DNA from: Candidatus Aldehydirespirator sp.
Lineage (GTDB): Bacteria; Actinomycetota; Acidimicrobiia; Acidimicrobiales; Aldehydirespiratoraceae
Length of the DNA stretch: 64,000 nt
Assembly: GCA_965203635.1 (NCBI GenBank)
Contig: OZ241903.1
Coordinates: forward strand, 3,330,918 to 3,394,917
Direction: 5' to 3'
The number at the start of each line of letters is the position of its first letter. Within the stretch, counting starts at the first letter, position 1. Of the stretch, positions 26,409 to 34,722 are shown piece by piece. The notes under the pieces are model-generated. The model saw only the letters and a list, made by a program, of their open reading frames with translations. It was not told where the DNA came from and ran no database searches. The position numbers and the translations under genes were made by a program.

Positions 26409-27482
26409 CTAGCTTGGCACCGCCTGCCGGGTGCCGGTTCTGGCCGACTCGTAGGCAGCTTCCAACAGTCCCACGACAGCCGCTCCGAGTTGAGGGGGCG
26501 AGTGATTCTCGTCCCGTCCCAGGATGACGTCGACCAGGTTGTTGACCGGGGCGGCCTCCGGGTAGGCCTCGGTGTAGGTCCTCGCCCCGGCGGCCCGCCC
26601 GACGGGGTTGTGCTCTCTGGAGCCGTCGGCCCGGTAGAGACCCAACTCCGATGCGGCCAGGTCAAAGAGGATGTGACCCTCGGTGCCGTAGAGCCGGTAC
26701 TCGAGAAGCTCCTCCTGGGTCCGGACCGTCGATCCGGTGGAGCCGACCGTCCCGATGCAGCCTCCTTCGAACCGCACCGCCATGGCGTCCACGAGGTCGA
26801 CCCTGAGGTCCTGGTTCTCCATGAAGGCGAAGACGTCGAAGGGCACCAGACCGGTCATGAACAGCAGCAAGGCGGCCGAGTGGGTGATCTGCACGATGGC
26901 CTGGCCGCCGCCCGACACCGCGGGGTCGCCGTAGGTGTCGGTTCCGGTGGGTGTGATGGTGAACCCGACCGCGTCGCCCACTAGGTGGACATCGCCGCGA
27001 AAGAGCTCCCACACGATCGACGCGAACAGAGAGTGAACGTAGAGAAGCTCGCCGATCTCGCCGGACGCGATCCAGTCCCGTGCGGCGAGAACCTGCTGGT
27101 TGTAGTGGTAGGGGTAGCCGACGACTATCTCCAGTCCCCGATCGGTCGATTCGGCCAGCAGCCGGGCCGCATGGTCGAACTCCACCACCATCGGCTTCTC
27201 CAGCATCAGGTGGGCTCCGGCCTCCAGAGCGTCGATCGCCACCTGGTAGTGGGCCATGTGGGGCACCGCGATGACGACCCCGTCGAGGGATTCGCCGTCG
27301 AGCATCTCGGTGTGGCTCCGGTACGCCCGCTCCGGGCCGAAGGCCGCCACCGCCCGGTCGCGCTTGTCGTCTATTGGGTCGGCGATGGCCACCAGCTCTG
27401 CTTCGGGGTTGGCGACGATGGCAGGCAGGTGGGCCCGGGTCGCCCACCAGCCCGTTCCTACCACTCCGATCCGGGCTGCCAC
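26409..27482 (-). CDS. Gfo/Idh/MocA-family NAD(P)-dependent oxidoreductase
   Basis: MAARIGVVGTGWWATRAHLPAI Rossmann N-terminus and EKPM motif. Confidence 0.8.
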   Translation of the reverse strand: MAARIGVVGTGWWATRAHLPAIVANPEAELVAIADPIDDKRDRAVAAFGPERAYRSHTEMLDGESLDGVVIAVPHMAHYQVAIDALEAGAHLMLEKPMVVEFDHAARLLAESTDRGLEIVVGYPYHYNQQVLAARDWIASGEIGELLYVHSLFASIVWELFRGDVHLVGDAVGFTITPTGTDTYGDPAVSGGGQAIVQITHSAALLLFMTGLVPFDVFAFMENQDLRVDLVDAMAVRFEGGCIGTVGSTGSTVRTQEELLEYRLYGTEGHILFDLAASELGLYRADGSREHNPVGRAAGARTYTEAYPEAAPVNNLVDVILGRDENHSPPQLGAAVVGLLEAAYESARTGTRQAVPS

Positions 27483-27661
27483 GCGATCCCCTTGCTCACA
27501 TCCGCGGACAGTACTTCCGGGGCGGGACCAGACGGCAATCGGGGTGGTCGATGGGTCCGGGCCGGATCCTCGCGGCCCGGACGGAACTCATAGACTGACC
27601 CGCACAGATGCGACGTACAGCGGTCGCTTCGAGTATGGCGACGCCAACTCCTGGGGCAGTC

Positions 27662-28501
27662 ATGGCATGTTCACTCAGCCTCGACGAGGTGGAGCGGTAC
27701 CGGCACGACGGTTGTCTCTTGGTGCAGTCCGTGCTGGCCGACGAGGATCTGCGACTGCTCGACGAGGCCGTCCGCGAGGTCACGGAGGCAGCCATCGGCA
27801 GCCACAACCAGGCCGAGCTCATCGAGTTGGAACCCGACACCTGCAGCAGCACGCGCCGGGTGCGACGCATCCGCGATCCCTACGACCGCCATGATGCCTT
27901 CCGTTCGGTCGTCCACGACGCTCGCGTCGTGGACAGGGTCGAGTCCCTGATCGGGCCCGACATCGAGTTCCATCACAGCAAGCTGAACATGAAGCCGGCC
28001 CAGGTCGGTTCTCCGGTGGCCTGGCACCAGGATCTGGGGTACTACCCGCACACCAATGACAGCGTGCTGGCCGTGCTCATCTACATCGACGACGCCAGCG
28101 AGGCGAATGGGTGCATCCAGGTGCTGCCCCGCATGCACCACCGGTATCTCGAGCACACCCATAACGGCGGGGAATTCGCCGGCCGGATCGTTGAACCCAT
28201 CGAAGTCGAGCCTCGCACGCTGCCAGCTCCAGCCGGCAGCGCCATCTTCCTCCACGGACTCACGCCTCACTCCTCGCTGCCGAACCGCTCGGGCGAGGAC
28301 CGGCGCACGCTGATTTTCGCCTACCGGGCCGGGGACGCCTACCCCCTCTTCTACGGCCTGAGGACAGTCAAGGACGAGGAAAGACTCATCCTGGTGCGGG
28401 GTCAGCGGGCCCGCCATGCCCGCTTCGGCGGACCGGCCCCAATCGTTCCCAAGATCGACGACATAACCGTCTCCCTCTACGACATCCAAGCCAGCAACTG
28501 A
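27662..28501 (+). CDS. PhyH-family Fe(II)/2-oxoglutarate dioxygenase (PhyH-2)
   Basis: VAWHQDLGYYPH (HxD), IFLHGLTPHSSLPN (distal His), DRRTLIFAYR. The start could also be 27608 or 27635. Confidence 0.8.
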   Translation: MACSLSLDEVERYRHDGCLLVQSVLADEDLRLLDEAVREVTEAAIGSHNQAELIELEPDTCSSTRRVRRIRDPYDRHDAFRSVVHDARVVDRVESLIGPDIEFHHSKLNMKPAQVGSPVAWHQDLGYYPHTNDSVLAVLIYIDDASEANGCIQVLPRMHHRYLEHTHNGGEFAGRIVEPIEVEPRTLPAPAGSAIFLHGLTPHSSLPNRSGEDRRTLIFAYRAGDAYPLFYGLRTVKDEERLILVRGQRARHARFGGPAPIVPKIDDITVSLYDIQASN

Positions 28502-28531
28502 CACGCCGAGGAAGGATTGGGGGTACCAACC

Positions 28532-29320
28532 ATGAGCCGACGGTTCGAGGGACGCAACGTCTTCGTGACCGGCGCCGGGAGTGGCTTCGGGCGCCGCACC
28601 GCTGAGCTGTTCGCGGCCGAGGGCGCCAAGAACCTGTACCTGCTCGACTACAAGCAGGAGCGGCTGGACGCGGTGGCGCCGGTGATCGAGGAGCTCGGAG
28701 CCACACCGCACCTGCTGAACTTCGACCTCGGCGACATGGAGAACTGCGCCGAGGCGGTGGCCCAGGCTCTGGCCATCGACCCCAAGCTCGACGTGATGGT
28801 GTCCAACGCGGCCGCGTGGACCATTGCCGAGTTCGTCGACATGACCGACACCGAATGGCGCAGGGTGCTGTCGGTCAACCTCGACGCCTACTTCGTGATG
28901 GGCAGCCGGGCAGCCCGGGCGATGAAGGAGACCGGGGGTGGGGTGATCCTGTTCACGTCCTCGATTGCGGCCCTGGGGCACGGCCGGGGGTTCACCCACT
29001 ACTGCGTGGCCAAGGCCGGTGTCGCCGCGCTGACGAAGGCCATCGCGGTGGAGTGCGCCCCGTACAACATCAGGTGCAACTCTGTCGGCCCGGGCCCGGC
29101 CGACACCCAGCAGTCAGTCGACCTCGCCGGCGAGGAACTGATGGACAAGTGGCGCACCGAGGGCTTCCCGGTGGTGCCCGCCAACCGGCTGGCGTCCGTC
29201 GACGACATTGCCCACGCCTTCCTGTACCTCGCCTCCGACGAGGCCCAGTACGTGTCGGGCATCAACCTCATCGTGGACGGCGCCCTGACCGCCCAGACCT
29301 ACGACGTGCCCGAGAACTAG
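28532..29320 (+). CDS. SDR family oxidoreductase (paralogue B)
   Basis: TGAGSGFG, YCVAK. Near-duplicate of 9113..9901. Confidence 0.9.
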   Translation: MSRRFEGRNVFVTGAGSGFGRRTAELFAAEGAKNLYLLDYKQERLDAVAPVIEELGATPHLLNFDLGDMENCAEAVAQALAIDPKLDVMVSNAAAWTIAEFVDMTDTEWRRVLSVNLDAYFVMGSRAARAMKETGGGVILFTSSIAALGHGRGFTHYCVAKAGVAALTKAIAVECAPYNIRCNSVGPGPADTQQSVDLAGEELMDKWRTEGFPVVPANRLASVDDIAHAFLYLASDEAQYVSGINLIVDGALTAQTYDVPEN

Positions 29321-29351
29321 CCGTGCCGGAGCGGCAGGTCAGGTCGGCCCC

Positions 29352-30143
29352 ATGAGAGCCGAGGTCTCGCCCGAGGAGGTCCGCTCCTACCGCGACGACG
29401 GGTTCTTGATTGTCGAGGACCTGCTCGATGCTGACGAACTGGAACAATGGCGCAGCGCGGTCGACGGCGCCGTAGGCGGCCACGGCGTGTCGGGACGGGA
29501 CCTCGGCCCGGACCAGGCCGAGTACTACGACCGGGTCTTCCTGCAGCGGGTGAACATGTGGAAGACCAGCAGTGAAGTACGGGCCCTAGTGCTTGACGAG
29601 CGCTTCGGGCAGCTGGTCGCGGCCCTGGCCGGCACCGACGAGGTCCGCCTCTACCACGACCACGCCCTCATCAAGCTTCCGTGGGCCAACCCCACCAACT
29701 GGCACGCCGACAACCCGTACGACCCCTACCGCTCCGATGAAGCGATCATGCTGTGGATCGCCCTCGACCACGCCGACGCCCGCAACGGCTGCCTGCACTT
29801 CCTGCCCGGCAGCCATCGTCGCGACAGGCTCGACGACGGCGCGGCACTCGACGACGCCAACATCGGGGCACTGCTGGAGGCCAACCCCCAGTTCGCGGCC
29901 ATCGAGCCAGAGATGGCCGAGGTGGCGGCGGGCACCGGGATCTTCATCAACGGCATGACGGCCCACGCCGCCGGGGCCAACATGAGCCGTCGGCCCCGCC
30001 GGGCGTTCTCGATGCTGTTCATTCCGGGCCGGTGCCGCTACACCGGCCAGCCGGGCGCCCTTCCCGCCGAGCTGACAGCCCGCCTCCAGCCGGGCGACAT
30101 GCTCATCGACGACGAGCACCTGCCCCTGCTCTACCAGGGCTGA
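29352..30143 (+). CDS. PhyH-family Fe(II)/2-oxoglutarate dioxygenase (PhyH-3)
   Basis: NWHADNPYDP (HxD), FINGMTAHAAGAN (distal His), RRPRRAFSMLF. Confidence 0.8.
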   Translation: MRAEVSPEEVRSYRDDGFLIVEDLLDADELEQWRSAVDGAVGGHGVSGRDLGPDQAEYYDRVFLQRVNMWKTSSEVRALVLDERFGQLVAALAGTDEVRLYHDHALIKLPWANPTNWHADNPYDPYRSDEAIMLWIALDHADARNGCLHFLPGSHRRDRLDDGAALDDANIGALLEANPQFAAIEPEMAEVAAGTGIFINGMTAHAAGANMSRRPRRAFSMLFIPGRCRYTGQPGALPAELTARLQPGDMLIDDEHLPLLYQG

Positions 30144-31054
30144 TCGAAGGCCTCGGTAGCGAGGCGCTCCAGTTGATCGATCAGGAAGTCCATGTGGGCC
30201 TGCACCGGGGAGCTCGGGGTGTGCGACAGCGCCCGGACGGTCGGCGAGGCGATGAGACCCCGCCGGACCAGCGCCCGCTTCTCGATCTGCAAGAACAGCT
30301 CGAAGTCCTGGAGCGAGAAGCTGATGTAGGGCAACAGCGCACCGAACAAGTCGTGAGCCTTCTCTGGCTGTTGGGAGACCGCTGCATCGAACACCGTGTC
30401 GAGCAGGTCGGCGATGGCCACTCCGGGCATGATCCCGTCGATGCCGACGGAGACGCCCTCGAGCATGTAGAGCCCACCCCAGCCCTCAAGGATTCCGATC
30501 CGGCCCGCGGTGGCCGACCGGATGGCGAGCAGCCGGTCGACCATCATCGGATCCTCAAGCTTGACGAACCGAAAATTGTCACAGCGGTCGCAGAGCGCGG
30601 TGGCGAGGGCTGCTCCCATGGTCGGCCCGCCTGGGTTGAAGTCCTGGATCAAGACCGGCAACGGGATGGAGGAAGCGACGGCGGCGCAGTACTCGATGAT
30701 GTCATCCTCCGATGATCCGAACTGCCGGGGAATGGCGAAGGACACCACGTCGACACCCATTTCCGTGTAACGCCGAGCCAGTCCCGACGCCACCCGGGAC
30801 GAGACGTGGTTGGCCTGAGCGATCACCGGAATCCGGCCTGCGTTGACCTTGACGGCAACGGCCACAACCTGATCCCGCTCGGCCTCGGTGAGCTTGTAGA
30901 ACTCGCTTCCGTAAGCGGGCAGGCACATCCCGGCCAGACCCTGCCCCGCGATCCAGTCGACGACTGCGGCCAGCGACTCGACGTCGATCGACTCGTCGGG
31001 GGCGAAGGGCGTCGGGACCACGGGAACCACGCCGCGCAACCGAACCTCCCCCAT
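30131..31054 (-). CDS. DapA/N-acetylneuraminate-lyase-family class I aldolase (candidate 2-keto-3-deoxy-sugar-acid aldolase)
   Basis: VVPVVPTPF..., AYGSEFYKLTEAER, FRFVKLED (Schiff-base Lys context). The ATG at 31054 overlaps the dehydratase stop (TGATG). The N-terminal 320 aa of the 629-aa track ORF is a shadow. Confidence 0.75.
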   Translation of the reverse strand: MGEVRLRGVVPVVPTPFAPDESIDVESLAAVVDWIAGQGLAGMCLPAYGSEFYKLTEAERDQVVAVAVKVNAGRIPVIAQANHVSSRVASGLARRYTEMGVDVVSFAIPRQFGSSEDDIIEYCAAVASSIPLPVLIQDFNPGGPTMGAALATALCDRCDNFRFVKLEDPMMVDRLLAIRSATAGRIGILEGWGGLYMLEGVSVGIDGIMPGVAIADLLDTVFDAAVSQQPEKAHDLFGALLPYISFSLQDFELFLQIEKRALVRRGLIASPTVRALSHTPSSPVQAHMDFLIDQLERLATEAFDQPW

Positions 31055-32220
31055 CAGGCCAACGGCGTGAAACCGTCGAGGGAGAGGGTGGCGCCCAGCC
31101 CCGGATCGGCGCCGATCGACACCTGGCCGCCATCCGGTATAGCTGCGCCGTCGAAATGGGGAGCCTCCTCGACTTCGTCCCATACCGGAACGGGGAAGTA
31201 CTCGACCATGCTCACGGCGGTGTCGCTGGTGGCCAGGTGCAGGGTCGGCAGGCCGTAGGCGTGGGTGTAGACGGGCAGGCCGGCGGCTTGGGCCAGCGCG
31301 CAAACCTTCCTGGCCTCGCTGAAGCCTCCCACCCGCCCAATATCGAACTGGATGATGTCGAGTGCGGAGGCCTCGATGATCTGAGCGAACCCGTAGCGCG
31401 TGGTCTCGTGCTCGCCGGCTGCGATGGGCACGGGTGAGGATCGGCGCAATACCGCATACTCGCGGATCTGGTCGGGCAGCAGGGGCTCCTCCACCCACTT
31501 CATGTCGAAGGGCTCCAGGGCCCGGCACATCCGCAGCGCGTACTCCAGGTCCCAGCCCATATAGGCGTCGGCCATGATGTCGATGTCGTCGCCCACCGCG
31601 CCTCGCAGCATCCGGACCAGCTCGACGTTGCGGCGCAGGCCCGCGAGCCCGTCGGCGGGGCCGTGCAGGAAGCGCATCTTCATGGCCTTGAAGCCCCGCC
31701 GCACGTACTCGGTGGCCTCGGCCAGGAACTCGTCCTCGTTGGTGAAGTGGAGGTGGCTGGCGTAGACGGGAATCACGTCCCGGGCCCGGCCGCCGAGCAG
31801 CTCGAACACGGGTTGGCCGAAGTGCTTGCCGGCCAGGTCCCACAGCGCTATGTCCAGTGCGCTGATGGCGTACAGGGCCGGGCCCTTGCGGCCGTACGGC
31901 ATGGTGCTGCGGAACATCTGATCCCAGAGCAGGCTGCGCTCCAGGGGGTCCGCACCGACGAGGAGCCCGGTCAGGTGGTTCTCGATGATGACGCTGGTCG
32001 CCCGGGCGTAGTCCTCGCACCAGCCGGTGCCCACCAGCCCATCATCGGTCTGGATCTCCACCACGCACATGGCGTCGGCCGGGAACCAGCTCGACAGCGG
32101 ATGGCGGTACTGCGGGTGGATCGCCATGAGCGTCACCAGCCGCAGTTCGTCCTGGCGGGCCGCGAAGTCGCCCCAGAACGACATGTCGATGTGGGTGACC
32201 TTCACTCTCCCTATCCGCAC
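31054..32220 (-). CDS. Enolase-superfamily acid-sugar dehydratase, L-rhamnonate dehydratase-like (paralogue 2)
   Basis: About 55 percent identical by eye to 24308..25483. ADAYMGW / WVEEP / AGEHE / YTHAYG. I chose the GTG at 32220 (RBS GGGGGAG 5 nt upstream). Confidence 0.8.
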   Translation of the reverse strand: MRIGRVKVTHIDMSFWGDFAARQDELRLVTLMAIHPQYRHPLSSWFPADAMCVVEIQTDDGLVGTGWCEDYARATSVIIENHLTGLLVGADPLERSLLWDQMFRSTMPYGRKGPALYAISALDIALWDLAGKHFGQPVFELLGGRARDVIPVYASHLHFTNEDEFLAEATEYVRRGFKAMKMRFLHGPADGLAGLRRNVELVRMLRGAVGDDIDIMADAYMGWDLEYALRMCRALEPFDMKWVEEPLLPDQIREYAVLRRSSPVPIAAGEHETTRYGFAQIIEASALDIIQFDIGRVGGFSEARKVCALAQAAGLPVYTHAYGLPTLHLATSDTAVSMVEYFPVPVWDEVEEAPHFDGAAIPDGGQVSIGADPGLGATLSLDGFTPLA

Positions 32221-32249
32221 GGCCACTCCCCCAGGCCCGTCCGCGCCGG

Positions 32250-33180
32250 CTAGCCGGCCAGCCGGATCTGCGGGCGGCCCGCAAACAGCTGGGGATCGTC
32301 CCGAACCTGCTCGTAGAGCTGCCCGCACGAGCGGATGTCGAGGACCCCGGCGGCGTGGTCGAGCAGCATGCCGATGTGACTGGCGCGTTTGTCGATGCGG
32401 TAGATCGACCACGGGTGGAAAGTGGGCACGTAGGCGAGGAGTCCGGCTCGGGCCGTGTGCTCTATGCCCGGCGCGTAGGCCTCATACACCCCCTGTGCGT
32501 CTGTCGGCATCTTCGTGGGGTAGTCCCATGGCAGTGCCGGCGGCCACGAGACGAGGCCGTGCTGACCGGTCAGGACGTTGTCGTGCCAGGCGTGGGTGGG
32601 GATCTCCAGCAGGTCGGCGCAGCCCTCGAGGTCGTACCAGAAGGGCTGGTGCAGCGGCGCCGGCATGGAGTAGTGCGGCCCGGTTCCGACGCTGCGCATG
32701 TACCCGTAGCCGGCCTCCTGGAGGATCTCGGGAACCCGGGGCTCCCCGATGTAGCCGTTCTCGTAGCCGCCCGGCGTGGTGAAGCCGATGACCTGCCGGC
32801 CGAAGGCGTCCTCGATGACGTTCTTGGAGTCGACGATCTCGTGGCGCAGGCGATGGTCGTCGTGCAGGTAGGCCTTGATGTCGGGATGGGTGTAGGAGTG
32901 GCTGGCGATGTCGAAGATCGGGTGGTCGAGGATCTCGACCAACTCCGCGGTGGCCGCGTCCAGGAGACGGGCGACGATGAAGAACGTGGCCGGCGCGTCC
33001 CGCTCGAGGTGGGCCTCGGCCACCGCACGCACGCCCGCGAGGCACTCGCTCAGGCGATACCCCTCGTAGCTGACCACGTCGTCGTAGTTGTCGCCGGTGT
33101 GCTCGGTGTGATCGGAGTCCCACCAGGCGTAGATCGCCTCGACGTCGTATCCCGCCACATAGGCCGCCATGTCCGCTCCT
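32250..33180 (-). CDS. Polysaccharide deacetylase (CE4-like) family protein
   Basis: ATFFIVARL and DIASHSYTHPD motifs. ATG at 33180 with RBS GAGGAG, starting 1 nt after the sulfatase stop. Confidence 0.7.
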
Positions 33181-33181
33181 C

Positions 33182-34627
33182 TCAGTCCGAGATTGTTGGC
33201 CGGGCCGAGGCGGCCTCGTCGCGCAGCTCGTCGAAGCGTTGTACGAGCCGGTCCAGCGTCTCCTGGCAGCGGGGGTCGTCGATCACGTTGTCGGCCTCGA
33301 GGGGGTCCGACTCGAGGTCGTAGAGCTCCTCGTAGCGGTTGCCGCCCCGGATCCGCCGGCCGATGCCGCCCTTCACCGCGTTCCCCTCGCGCTGCTGTTC
33401 CTCGTCGGAAGCCGGCAGCTCCACATACTTGATGTACTTCCACCGGGTGGTGCGCAACCCCTCGCTCTTGGGGATCAGGGGATGCTCGAACAGGTGCTCG
33501 CAGTAGAAGTCCTGGCGCCAGCCGCCGGGCTCGCCCGCCAGCAGCGGGAGCAGGCTCCGGCCCTGCACCGCCTCCGGGACACCGATCCCGGCCAGCTCGA
33601 TGATGGTGGGCGAGATGTCGATGTTCAGCGCCATCTCAGCGGCGCGGCTGCCCTGCCGGGACTCGTCCAGGCGGGGGTCCATCACCACTAGGGGGACCCT
33701 GATGGAGTCCTCGTACAGCAGCCAGCAGTCGCTCAGGCCTCGCTCGCCGAAGAACATGCCGTTGTCGCTGGTGAAGATGATGACGGTGGAGTCGGCCGTA
33801 CCGAGTGCGTCCAGCTCGTCCAGGACCCGGCCCAGAACGACGTCAATGCCGCTGACCATGCGGTAGTAGCCCTTCATGTTCTCCTGGAACAGGTCGGGGG
33901 TGCCGAACCTCCTCAGCCAGCGCTCCCGGTTCTCGCTCTGCTTGATGAAGTCGGGCTGTTTCTCGATGAAGGCGGGATCGGCGGTAGGGGGAACACCGAT
34001 GACGGCGTCGTGGTAGAGGTGGTCGACGCTGGAGGGCCAGATGTACTGCTGGGGGTGGTCATCCTGGCAGTGGGGGGCGTTGAAGCTGACCGAAAGGCAG
34101 AACGGGCGCCCGTCATCGGCGCTCTGCCACTGCCGGAGGAAGTCTAGGATCTTGTCGCCGGTCACGTCGGTGAGGTGGCGCAGGCTGCCGTCGGGCTGGC
34201 GCTCGAAGTAGAAGTCGGGACCCCAGTGCTCGAAGTCGTCAAAGTGGTCGAACATCGAGTCGAGGACGGCCTCCTCGTCCTCGACGTTCATGTAGCCGTC
34301 GCTCTCGATTCCGAACTTGCCGATGAAGCCGGTGTTGTAGCCCGATGCCTTCAGCAGGGCCGGGTAGGTGATCGGGCCGAGCGAGGCCCTGAACGGCGGG
34401 GTCCGGAAGTCGAACTGGTGGCTGCGCCGGTAGAGGCCGGTCAGGAAGCTGGCCCGGCTCGCGCCGCAAATGGGCGTGGTGACGAAGGAGTTGTCGAACA
34501 TCACCCCTCGGGCAGCCAGATCGTCCATATAGGGGGTGGAGATGATGTCGTTGCCGGCCGCGCCCATCGATGTCCAGTGCTGATTGTCGGTCAGCAGGAA
34601 GAGGATGTTCGGACGTCGGCTTTCCAC
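33182..34627 (-). CDS. Type I (S1) sulfatase with a C-x-A-x-R active-site motif; no signal peptide
   Basis: PNILFLLTDNQ metal site; TPICGASRASFLTG (codons at 34454..34468). The N-terminus starts directly with the catalytic domain. Confidence 0.85.
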   Translation of the reverse strand: MESRRPNILFLLTDNQHWTSMGAAGNDIISTPYMDDLAARGVMFDNSFVTTPICGASRASFLTGLYRRSHQFDFRTPPFRASLGPITYPALLKASGYNTGFIGKFGIESDGYMNVEDEEAVLDSMFDHFDDFEHWGPDFYFERQPDGSLRHLTDVTGDKILDFLRQWQSADDGRPFCLSVSFNAPHCQDDHPQQYIWPSSVDHLYHDAVIGVPPTADPAFIEKQPDFIKQSENRERWLRRFGTPDLFQENMKGYYRMVSGIDVVLGRVLDELDALGTADSTVIIFTSDNGMFFGERGLSDCWLLYEDSIRVPLVVMDPRLDESRQGSRAAEMALNIDISPTIIELAGIGVPEAVQGRSLLPLLAGEPGGWRQDFYCEHLFEHPLIPKSEGLRTTRWKYIKYVELPASDEEQQREGNAVKGGIGRRIRGGNRYEELYDLESDPLEADNVIDDPRCQETLDRLVQRFDELRDEAASARPTISD

Positions 34628-34722
34628 TGCTGGCTCCGTCCTCAGCGGCCGGGGGGTCTAGGTTAGCTTCGCACCCGTTCACGACCCTGAAGCAGGGGTC
34701 AAGGAGACGAACCGAAGCCACG

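Noticed and set aside
31055-32020. N-terminal 320 aa of the 629-aa track ORF 30131..32020, which would make a giant DapA-like fusion protein.
   Set aside because: That part is an out-of-frame shadow of the dehydratase gene (31054..32220). The aldolase starts at the ATG at 31054, overlapping the dehydratase stop. The same situation applies to ORF 61666..63831, where argH really starts at 63051.
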